From: Chrysochromulina tobinii
Lineage: Eukaryota
DNA length: 20,000 nucleotides
Direction of reading: 5' to 3'
NCBI GenBank assembly: GCA_001275005.1
Contig: JWZX01003345.1
Location: forward strand, 47,808 to 67,807
The stretch's first letter is position 1. Each line of letters begins with the position of its first letter. Shown piece after piece: positions 1-7,833 of the stretch. The notes under the pieces are model-generated. The model was not told the DNA's origin, did no database searches, and worked only from the letters and a program-made list of their open reading frames with translations. The translations under genes and the position numbers were made by a program.

Positions 1-2
1 CA

Positions 3-1265
3 ACAGCTATTCGAGAAATCGCACGTGTTTTATCTGATGGTATGAAGAAGAGGGTTATTATTATTGATACTTCTAATGAGATCGCAGGAGATGGCGATTT
101 ACCGCATCCGTCTATCGGTAAAGCAAGACGTATGCAAGTGTCAAACCAACAAAATCAACATGAGGTTATGATTGAAGCTGTCGAGAATCATATGCCAGAA
201 ATCATCATAATTGATGAAATAGGTACAGAATTAGAGGCGGCAGCTGCACGTACAATTGCAGAAAGAGGTGTACAACTTGTTGGTACGGTTCATGGTAATT
301 CATTAGAAAATCTTATTAAAAACCCCACAATTTCTGATTTAATTGGTGGTATCCAATATGTAACATTAGGGGATGAAGAAGCTAAACGACGTGGTTCCTC
401 AAAAAGTATTTTAGAAAGAAAAGCTCCTCCTACGTTTGAAATAGCAATAGAAATTCATGATCCAAAAATGTGGGTTATTCATGAAAGCATTGAACATTCT
501 GTGGATCTGCTATTACAAGGACAAAGCCTTCCAATACAAAAACGGTCGCTGCTTAAAACAATACCCAATTTTGTAGACTGCAAAATTGTATATAACCAAA
601 AAGATAATGGTTCCGTTACCGAAAATTTTGTAAAACGTGCTGGAATTGACAAAAAACAAAAAAATAATTACTTACTCGATCGTTTTACCTCTAATGAAAA
701 AACAAAAACAAAGAAGCTCTTAAAAACAAACAGCGCAATCAAAACGCAATTAAAACAAGAATTTACTTTCGTATATATCTACGGAATAAATAATCAGGAT
801 TTAAAAACTTTAATCAAAACATTAAGGTTACCAATTATAATAACAAAAGAAATTCAATATGCAGATGCTATTTTAGCGTTAGCTAATTTGGTTAAAAGTA
901 ATCGGAAATTAAAACAAATTTCGCATTCAAAAAAAATAACTATACACACAATACAAAATAATAGCTTAGTCAAAATAGCTAAAGCTTTAAGACTATTAGC
1001 CAAAAAAAAATCAATTATACCTACTGCTCAAGATACTGATACTGCAAGGTTATCAAAACTTATTAGTAGAGAATTTTTAACCCCATTAGAAGAAGCAAGG
1101 CTGGCAATAGAAGAAGTAGTCATACCCAATAACATAACGATTGATTTACTTCCAAGGAATAGTGAGCTTCGGAAGCAACAACATGAATTAATTTCGCATT
1201 ACCGATTAAAAAGTTTTAGTGTAGGTAAAGGGAAAAAAAGGAGAATTAGAATTTTTTCGAATTAA
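3..1265 (+). CDS. ycf45: Ycf45, SpoIIIAA-like AAA+ ATPase with C-terminal R3H-like domain (5' part outside window)
   Basis: The frame is open from the window edge (TAIREIARVLSDG-MKKRVIIIDTSNEIAGDGD), so the Met at 42 is internal. Walker B IIIIDEIG, GTVHG, and C-terminal LLPRNSELRKQQHELI (R-x3-H) are present. Confidence 0.9.
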   Translation, partial: TAIREIARVLSDGMKKRVIIIDTSNEIAGDGDLPHPSIGKARRMQVSNQQNQHEVMIEAVENHMPEIIIIDEIGTELEAAAARTIAERGVQLVGTVHGNSLENLIKNPTISDLIGGIQYVTLGDEEAKRRGSSKSILERKAPPTFEIAIEIHDPKMWVIHESIEHSVDLLLQGQSLPIQKRSLLKTIPNFVDCKIVYNQKDNGSVTENFVKRAGIDKKQKNNYLLDRFTSNEKTKTKKLLKTNSAIKTQLKQEFTFVYIYGINNQDLKTLIKTLRLPIIITKEIQYADAILALANLVKSNRKLKQISHSKKITIHTIQNNSLVKIAKALRLLAKKKSIIPTAQDTDTARLSKLISREFLTPLEEARLAIEEVVIPNNITIDLLPRNSELRKQQHELISHYRLKSFSVGKGKKRRIRIFSN

Positions 1266-1406
1266 ACCGTAAATATTAATTAAATTTTTTATTTTAAAAT
1301 CTTCTTATCTATATAAATAACTAAAGGAAAGCTGATTCTAAGAATCATGAAATGGTTGAACCTTGATTTATAAATCATTATTTTATAATATATAATTGTA
1401 GCATTT

Positions 1407-1477
1407 GCGGGTATAGTTTAGTGGTAGAACCTTAGCCTTCCAAGCTAATGATGAGAGTTCGATTCTCTCTACCCGCT
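1407..1477 (+). tRNA. trnG: tRNA-Gly (UCC)
   Basis: GCGGGTA/TACCCGC acceptor stem, anticodon arm TTAGC-CTTCCAA-GCTAA, T-loop TTCGATT. Confidence 0.97.
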
Positions 1478-1790
1478 ATTAAGTTTAAATTTTACGCACG
1501 AGTATTAAACTAGTTTGAATACTGTTTTTAGATATTAAAGGTACAATTAATACTCAATTTTTCAAGATTGATATATTCGTCAAAACTCCATACCCTATAT
1601 AAAAAACTTAGTAACCGTTTCAGTCTTTGCTATTTTTTACTTCTACTTTCTTTAAATAAACCCTGAGGGTTTACGATTTTAATTACCCGAAAAGTTACCT
1701 ACAAATTTATAGTCTTCCTAGAACTAAAAGGGTGTCAAAAAAAGTCATATAAGCTTAGTATATAGAAAATTGAATTACAACCGGGAAATA

Positions 1791-1821
1791 TTGTCAAAAA
1801 ACCTGAAATCCGATATATAAT
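1791..1821 (+). promoter_or_regulatory. Possible sigma70-type promoter of psbEFLJ
   Basis: TTGTCA at 1791-1796, then TATATA (17-nt spacer) or TATAAT at 1816-1821 (19-nt spacer). Spacing is imperfect. Confidence 0.4.
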
Positions 1822-1967
1822 TTATTCAAGTAGCTTTTAAAAAAGTATTAGATACTTTGTGTCTAAGTTATAATCTTAGTTTTACGAGAGTATCTTTAAA
1901 ATATTTCTTGTAGGTTACTACAAGAAGTAAAAACAGTTAATTTTAATATTTAGTAGGAGAAAGAGTT

Positions 1968-2222
1968 GTGTCAGGTGGTTCAACAGGAGAAAGACCTTTT
2001 ACGGATATTTTAACGAGTGTTCGTTATTGGATTATTCACAGCATTACTATCCCAGCGCTGTTCGTTGCTGGTTTTCTTTTCGTTAGTACGGGATTAGCGT
2101 ATGATGCTTTTGGTACACCGCGTCCGAATGAGTACTTTACTCAAGATCGTCAGCAGATACCTTTAGTTAACGATCGTTTTAGTGCAAAACAGGAACTTGA
2201 GGACTTAACGAAGGGATTATAA
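1968..2222 (+). CDS. psbE: Cytochrome b559 alpha subunit
   Basis: [28 protein letters not shown]...[13 protein letters not shown] start with SD AGGAG at 1955-1959. Confidence 0.98.
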   Translation: MSGGSTGERPFTDILTSVRYWIIHSITIPALFVAGFLFVSTGLAYDAFGTPRPNEYFTQDRQQIPLVNDRFSAKQELEDLTKGL

Positions 2223-2246
2223 ATACAAAAACGCACGTTTTATTTC

Positions 2247-2375
2247 ATGATCAATACAAATCAACCAGTTGCATACCCTATTTTCACATTTCGTTGGCTT
2301 ACTATTCACGCATTAGCTGTACCAACGGTATTCTTCCTTGGTGCAATTACATCAATGCAATTTATTCAACGATAG
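2247..2375 (+). CDS. psbF: Cytochrome b559 beta subunit
   Basis: Manual translation [42 protein letters not shown]; expected position in psbEFLJ. Confidence 0.97.
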   Translation: MINTNQPVAYPIFTFRWLTIHALAVPTVFFLGAITSMQFIQR

Positions 2376-2504
<129 letters not shown>

Positions 2505-2573
2505 GTTTACATAAAGGATTTCTTGAAAAAGTTGTTCTATTACGAACTTTGTTAATCTTTAATTATAATCGAT

Positions 2574-2693
2574 ATGAGTGATATAGGTCGAATTCCTCTT
2601 TGGATGGTGGCTACAGTTGGTGGCCTTGCCGCCCTAGGTTTATTAACACTTTTCTTCTTCGGAGCGTATTCTGGATTAGGTTCGTCTCTATAA
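2574..2693 (+). CDS. psbJ: Photosystem II protein J
   Basis: [39 protein letters not shown]. Confidence 0.97.
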   Translation: MSDIGRIPLWMVATVGGLAALGLLTLFFFGAYSGLGSSL

Positions 2694-2715
2694 AACGAAC
2701 AAATAAATTACGAAG

Positions 2716-2766
2716 AAAAGGCATTTAAGGCATAGGTTATTTTAACCTATGCCTTAAATGCTTTTT
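2716..2766. terminator. Bidirectional stem-loop terminator between convergent psbJ and trnE
   Basis: Perfect 19-bp inverted repeat GCATTTAAGGCATAGGTTA (2721-2739) / TAACCTATGCCTTAAATGC (2743-2761), flanked by A- and T-tracts. Confidence 0.85.
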
Positions 2767-2867
2767 TATATTTTATAAGGTATCAATTTAAAATATTTAA
2801 CAATTTTTTTAGTTGATAAAAAAATAAACGAATACAGTAGAGATTTTATTCTATTAAGTAGGTTTAA

Positions 2868-2940
2868 TACCCCCAGGGGAATTCGAATCCCCGTTACTTC
2901 CGTGAAAGGGAAATGTCCTAGGCCTCTAGACGATGGGGGC
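2868..2940 (-). tRNA. trnE: tRNA-Glu (UUC)
   Basis: Reverse complement GCCCCCATCGTCTAGAGGCCTAGGACATTTCC-CTTTCAC-GGAAG...GGGGATTCGAATTCCCCTGGGGGTA, with the A53:U61 T-stem pair typical of plastid tRNA-Glu. Confidence 0.97.
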
Positions 2941-2963
2941 AAGTAAGTATTGTTCACATAAAC

Positions 2964-2992
2964 AATATATATTATTTAAGGAAAGTTGTCAA
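2964..2992 (-). promoter_or_regulatory. sigma70-type promoter of trnE
   Basis: TTGACA (2992-2987), 17-nt spacer, TATATT (2969-2964). Confidence 0.75.
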
Positions 2993-3213
2993 GACTTTTG
3001 TTTAAAAAGACGCCTAGACAACAACCCCTAAACTAACTAAATTTTTACAGCTGTGAGGAAGCATAATATTAGAAGTAACAAGAACGAACTTTCTCCTACT
3101 ACTTGACGATTATCGATAAGGGTTATTACAGCGGAAATCTAAGCTTTAACAAAAGACCAACCGCATAGAATACAAGTTTTACTTTATCTATTATTTTAGT
3201 AATAAGCTTAACA

Positions 3214-3253
3214 ATACAGGGCTGAATACATTATACCCGGGAATACCCTGTAT
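3214..3253 (-). terminator. Possible 3' stem-loop of rbcR
   Basis: ATACAGGG (3214-3221) / CCCTGTAT (3246-3253) inverted repeat just after the rbcR stop; large, weakly paired loop. Confidence 0.4.
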
Positions 3254-3256
3254 ATA

Positions 3257-4207
3257 TTAAAGATTTACATTTTTAATGCTTGGGGAATTATTCAAAAACA
3301 TTTCTAATATTTCTTCTTTAAATATCTTTGTCGCACTAGAATGGTAACGCTTTGAGTTTAACAATATAGATAAAGTACGTTTAATAGTTATCCCATCAAT
3401 TTTTGCCCAATGCAACATATCTAATTCAAGTTCTTTAGAGATCGCCGAAACAGATACAAAAGCCGCACCTAAACCCGAATGAACCGCATTTTTGATTGCT
3501 TCAATCGAATTTAACTCCATTTCAATTTTAAAATAACTACTGTCAATTCCGTTTTGTGTTAAAGTATTTTCAATAACACTTCGAATTGTTGATTGGGGGT
3601 TTAATGCGATGAAACGAAGACGGTAAAGGTCTTCCTTTTGGATGTAATCTAAAGATGAAAATGGGTGAGAAGGTGGTAAAATAAGTGCAAGTTCGTCTTC
3701 AGCATATGAGGTTATATCTAAATTTACACGCAATTCCGGCGGTACTTCGCCACCAACAATAGCCAAATCTATTCGCCCGTCAGCTACCGCCCAAGAAATT
3801 TTTCTTGTTGAATGCACTTGTAATTCTATAGCAATTTGTGGGTATTTATGCCTAAAGATCCCAATTAACCTCGGCATTAAATATGTGCCTGTTGTTTGAC
3901 TAGCCCCAATAATTAAAGCACCTGACTGTAAAGCATTTAATTCATCTAAGGCACGACATGTTTCCTCGCACAGATTTAAAATTCTTTCGCAATATTTAAT
4001 TAATAATTGTCCCGTTTCCGTTAAACGTGCCTTCCTTTTATCTCTATAAAATAATGGGGTATTAAGCTGTCGTTCCAAATTTTGGATCTGAAGGCTAACT
4101 GCTGGTTGAGAAATGTATAATTTTTCTGCGGCTCTTTTAAAACTACCTTCCGTGGAGATAGCGTGCAAAATGTTTAACTGGTCAAGTGTAAAGGGAAGAT
4201 CAGACAT
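3257..4207 (-). CDS. rbcR: LysR-family RuBisCO transcriptional regulator RbcR (Ycf30)
   Basis: [11 protein letters not shown]...[25 protein letters not shown] helix-turn-helix; [30 protein letters not shown]. Confidence 0.96.
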   Translation of the reverse strand: MSDLPFTLDQLNILHAISTEGSFKRAAEKLYISQPAVSLQIQNLERQLNTPLFYRDKRKARLTETGQLLIKYCERILNLCEETCRALDELNALQSGALIIGASQTTGTYLMPRLIGIFRHKYPQIAIELQVHSTRKISWAVADGRIDLAIVGGEVPPELRVNLDITSYAEDELALILPPSHPFSSLDYIQKEDLYRLRFIALNPQSTIRSVIENTLTQNGIDSSYFKIEMELNSIEAIKNAVHSGLGAAFVSVSAISKELELDMLHWAKIDGITIKRTLSILLNSKRYHSSATKIFKEEILEMFLNNSPSIKNVNL

Positions 4208-4411
4208 AAATAATAATGATAAGCCTTTCTGAATACTCTCAAACTTTAATTAGAAATATATATATATATTAAACACAACAGGGGATATGGGCTAATCCAA
4301 TCAATAGTAAAAGATTTGAATACGAAAAATTGTCTTTTGATAAAGACTAATGCTGTAAAAGATGTATAATAGTATTCAAATAAAAAACATTTTATTATTT
4401 GTAGACAGAAT

Positions 4412-4522
4412 ATGGCAGATTCTAGACTTGTAGTTGTTTTATTTCCACTATTAGCAGCTGCTTCGTGGGCTTTATTTAATATCGGTCGAGTTGCGTTACA
4501 ACAGCTAAAACGAATGTCTTAA
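4412..4522 (+). CDS. psbY: Photosystem II protein Y
   Basis: Manual translation [36 protein letters not shown], matching the PsbY D-x-R...P...A-x-x-WA-x-x-NIG pattern. Confidence 0.93.
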   Translation: MADSRLVVVLFPLLAAASWALFNIGRVALQQLKRMS

Positions 4523-4580
4523 TCTAAAGATATTAAATATTGGGATAAGGGTATTTATACTTTTTTGTTCAAAACATATG

Positions 4581-4617
4581 AAAAAGGACCAAAACAAAAA
4601 TGTTTGGTCCTTTTTTT
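4581..4617. terminator. Bidirectional terminator between convergent psbY and minD
   Basis: AAAAAGGACCAAA (4581-4593) / TTTGGTCCTTTTT (4603-4615) inverted repeat with A- and T-tracts. Confidence 0.8.
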
Positions 4618-4646
4618 CTTTGGGGTTGTCAAAAACTAAAACTTTT

Positions 4647-5462
4647 TTACTTGTTACTTGTTCTATCCCTAAAGGTGTTAATCATTCGGCGTATCGGATT
4701 TTTAGAAAATGAAGAATCTAACTCATTAAAAACAACCTCCTCACCTATTAACCGACGTGTTGTATTTTCAAACGCAATCCTTGGCAAACAAACCTTATCG
4801 TCTAAAACAATAGGTTCTCCACGATTAGACGCAATAATTATTTTTTCTGTATCAGGTATAACACCTATTAATGGTATACCAAGTATACTTATAACGTCTT
4901 CAATAGACATCATATCATCGTTTTTAACCATGTTTGGTCGGATGCGATTAATGACCAACCCCATTTTATTAACATTTTTCGACATCATAATACCTATGAC
5001 TCTATCAGCGTCACGGATTGAAGGTACTTCCGGAGTTACAACAACAATTGCTTCATTTACACATTCAATTGCTGTTAAAAACCCAGTATCGATTCCCGCA
5101 GGACTATCAACTAAAATATAATCATAATTATTTTCAAGTTTATTAACAAGATCTTTAATTTGAGCACCTGTAACAGGTGTTTCTGTACGATTAGAAGCTA
5201 ATGGGAGGAAGGATAACTTTGGTTGACGTTTGTCTTTTATTAGTGCTTGTTCTAGTCTACAATTTTCATTTAATACGTCTAGACCAGTATATATAATACG
5301 GTTCTCAAGACCTAACAAGAGATCAAGATTACGCAAACCAACATCTGCGTCGATAAGTAATGTTCGGTATCCAAAACGCGCAAGGGACATTCCTATATTT
5401 GCAGTCGTTGTTGTTTTTCCTACACCACCTTTGCCAGAAGTTATGACTATAACACGGGCCAT
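4647..5462 (-). CDS. minD: Septum site-determining ATPase MinD
   Basis: Deviant Walker A SGKGGVGKTT, DADVGLRNLDLLLGLENR, DSPAGID, SIRDADRVIG, IIIASNRGEP. Confidence 0.97.
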   Translation of the reverse strand: MARVIVITSGKGGVGKTTTTANIGMSLARFGYRTLLIDADVGLRNLDLLLGLENRIIYTGLDVLNENCRLEQALIKDKRQPKLSFLPLASNRTETPVTGAQIKDLVNKLENNYDYILVDSPAGIDTGFLTAIECVNEAIVVVTPEVPSIRDADRVIGIMMSKNVNKMGLVINRIRPNMVKNDDMMSIEDVISILGIPLIGVIPDTEKIIIASNRGEPIVLDDKVCLPRIAFENTTRRLIGEEVVFNELDSSFSKNPIRRMINTFRDRTSNK

Positions 5463-5566
5463 AATGGTTTTATGCTTTAAATATGTAACACTTTAATAAG
5501 TATAACATTTTAACAAATGTTATTTATTCGTTTATAATATGGAAAAATATTCAAAAAAAGGGGGTT

Positions 5567-6373
5567 ATGCATATACTCGAAAATGATAATTTGGTTATTT
5601 CGGGCCGAAGCTTTTCTTCTCGCTTAATGCTGGGTACTGGTAAATACAAAAATTTTCAAGAAGCAAATGAGGCTATATTAGCAAGTAATTGCGAAATTCT
5701 TACTGTAGCTATTCGACGTGCCCAAAACTCAAGTGTAGACAGTATTGATAAATTACTAGAGACTTTTGATTGGACAAAAATTTGGTTGATGCCAAATACT
5801 GCTGGTTGTCAAACAGCCGAGCAAGCTATTAGATTAGCTTTTTTAGGTCGCGAAATTCTAAAAAACTTAAATTATGAAAACAATAACTTTATAAAATTAG
5901 AAGTAATACCTGATCCAAAATACCTCCTGCCAGATAGTATAGGCACAATGGCTGCTGCTGAATATCTTATTAGTAAGGGGTTTGCTGTTTTACCTTACAT
6001 AAACGCAGACCCAATCCTGGCCAAGCAACTCGAAGAAATTGGTTGCGCAACAGTTATGCCGCTGGGTTCACCTATAGGTTCTAATAAAGGTTTAAAGAAT
6101 TTATATAATATAAATATTATTGTTGAAGGTGCAAATATACCTGTAATAATTGATGCTGGAATTGGTTCACCAAGTCAAGCCGCGCAAGCAATGGAAATAG
6201 GTGCAGATGGTGTTTTGACTAATACAGCTATTGCGAAAGCTAACTCCCCAATACAGATGGCTTATGGGATGAGACTTGCTGTAGAAGCGGGCAGAATAGG
6301 TTACCTAGCAGGAAAAGCAAAAGCTATGACAATAGCCCAACCAAGTTCACCCACTTATGGAATTTCTAAATAA
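5567..6373 (+). CDS. thiG: Thiazole synthase ThiG
   Basis: [48 protein letters not shown] motifs. Confidence 0.97.
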   Translation: MHILENDNLVISGRSFSSRLMLGTGKYKNFQEANEAILASNCEILTVAIRRAQNSSVDSIDKLLETFDWTKIWLMPNTAGCQTAEQAIRLAFLGREILKNLNYENNNFIKLEVIPDPKYLLPDSIGTMAAAEYLISKGFAVLPYINADPILAKQLEEIGCATVMPLGSPIGSNKGLKNLYNINIIVEGANIPVIIDAGIGSPSQAAQAMEIGADGVLTNTAIAKANSPIQMAYGMRLAVEAGRIGYLAGKAKAMTIAQPSSPTYGISK

Positions 6374-6481
6374 TTTTTTATAATTCATGTTATATTATTA
6401 TTCAGCTATTATTAATTAATAAACTTCTGGCGACAGATTTAAACATTTTTAACTAATATTTATAAGACAAGTATTTTATTT

Positions 6482-7534
6482 ATGGTTACAGCAAAAAAAC
6501 TTAACAGTGAAAGACCCGTTTTCCCTTTTACTGCTATTATTGGTCAAGAAGAAATGAAACTTGCACTAATCTTAAATGTAATTGACCCAAGAATTGGTGG
6601 TGTAATGATCATGGGTGATCGTGGTACAGGAAAATCTACGACTATCAGAGCCGTAGCAGATCTATTACCGGCCATAGAAGTAGCAAAAGATGACCCTTTT
6701 AACTCTTCTATCACTGACTTCGAATTAATGAGTGAAAGTGTTAAAAAAGCAGTGGAAAACCAACAAGAAGTTTTAACCGAATATAAAAAAGTTCCAATGG
6801 TTGATTTACCTCTCGGTGCAACGGAGGACCGTGTATGTGGTACTATCGATATTGAAAAGGCTTTAACTGAAGGTGTAAAAGCTTTTGAGCCTGGTCTTTT
6901 AGCGAAAGCTAACCGTGGAATTCTTTATGTAGACGAGGTAAACTTATTAGATGACCACTTAGTAGATATATTACTAGACTCTGCTGCTTCAGGGTGGAAC
7001 ACTGTTGAAAGAGAAGGTATTTCTATTAAGCACCCAGCACGCTTTGTTCTTGTAGGTTCAGGAAACCCAGAAGAGGGTGAATTAAGACCCCAACTATTAG
7101 ACCGTTTTGGTATGCACGCTGAAATTCGAACAGTAAGAGATCCAGAAACACGTGTTCGTGTAGTTGAAGAGCGAAGTAATTTTGACCAAAACCCAGACGA
7201 ATGCTTAGCCGCAAATGCTGCGCAGTTAGAGCAACTTAAGAAAAAAATCGGCGATGCCCAACAACTTCTTCCTAATGTAGTATTAGATTATGAATATCGT
7301 GTTAAAATTTCACAGGTTTGTGGGGGCTTAAACGTTGATGGATTACGTGGTGATATTGTAATAAATCGAGCAGCAAAAGCTTACGCTGCATACAATGGCA
7401 GAACTAAAGTGGAATTAGAAGATATTGAAAAGGTTATTGTATTATGTTTAAGACACAGACTTAGAAAAGACCCTTTAGAAACAATTGATTCTGGTGATAA
7501 AGTACGTACTACTTTTGAAGAGGTTTTCAAATAA
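6482..7534 (+). CDS. chlI: Magnesium chelatase subunit I
   Basis: [65 protein letters not shown]. Confidence 0.98.
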   Translation: MVTAKKLNSERPVFPFTAIIGQEEMKLALILNVIDPRIGGVMIMGDRGTGKSTTIRAVADLLPAIEVAKDDPFNSSITDFELMSESVKKAVENQQEVLTEYKKVPMVDLPLGATEDRVCGTIDIEKALTEGVKAFEPGLLAKANRGILYVDEVNLLDDHLVDILLDSAASGWNTVEREGISIKHPARFVLVGSGNPEEGELRPQLLDRFGMHAEIRTVRDPETRVRVVEERSNFDQNPDECLAANAAQLEQLKKKIGDAQQLLPNVVLDYEYRVKISQVCGGLNVDGLRGDIVINRAAKAYAAYNGRTKVELEDIEKVIVLCLRHRLRKDPLETIDSGDKVRTTFEEVFK

Positions 7535-7539
7535 TTAAA

Positions 7540-7612
7540 TGGGCTCAGTAGGATTCGAACCTACATTAGAGACTTAGAAGGTCCCTGTCCTAATCCCTTA
7601 GACGATGAACCC
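7540..7612 (-). tRNA. trnR: tRNA-Arg (UCU)
   Basis: Reverse complement GGGTTCATCGTCTAAGGGATTAGGACAGGGAC-CTTCTAA-GTCTC...GTAGGTTCGAATCCTACTGAGCCCA. Confidence 0.96.
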
Positions 7613-7619
7613 AAAACTC

Positions 7620-7656
7620 AAAAAAAGACCGGAGAATAAACCTTATTTACCGGTCT
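7620..7656 (-). terminator. Terminator-like hairpin plus U-tract between trnV and trnR(UCU)
   Basis: Minus strand AGACCGG-TA-AATAA-GGT-TTATT-CT-CCGGTCT followed by TTTTTT. Confidence 0.55.
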
Positions 7657-7679
7657 AATTTAACTTTGTGTAACAAACC

Positions 7680-7751
7680 TGGGCGGTATAGGATTTGAAC
7701 CTATGACCACCTGCTTGTAAGGCAGGCGCTCTACCACTGAGCTAACCGCCC
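7680..7751 (-). tRNA. trnV: tRNA-Val (UAC)
   Basis: Reverse complement GGGCGGTTAGCTCAGTGGTAGAGCGCCTGC-CTTACAA-GCAGG...ATAGGTTCAAATCCTATACCGCCCA. Confidence 0.97.
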
Positions 7752-7762
7752 CTCTAACTTAT

Positions 7763-7791
7763 ATAATAGCTAAACTTAGCTATTTTGTAAA
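7763..7791 (-). promoter_or_regulatory. sigma70-type promoter of trnV(-trnR)
   Basis: TTTACA (7791-7786), 17-nt spacer, TATTAT (7768-7763), 11 nt upstream of trnV. Confidence 0.65.
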
Positions 7792-7833
7792 TAGGAAAAT
7801 GAGATTGTTAATTATTCCGTTAATAATAAAGTT

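Noticed and set aside
2766..2957. 63-aa minus-strand ORF
   Set aside because: Runs through trnE; no protein homology recognised.
2993..3213. Possible rnpB or ffs RNA in the trnE-rbcR spacer (GAGGAAG seen)
   Set aside because: Lacks the GAGGAAAGTCC and ACAGAA..CGGCTTA RNase P motifs and the SRP helix-8 motif; only very short ORFs seen on the minus strand.
4600..5496. Plus-strand ORFs of 173 aa and 88 aa
   Set aside because: Antisense shadows of minD.
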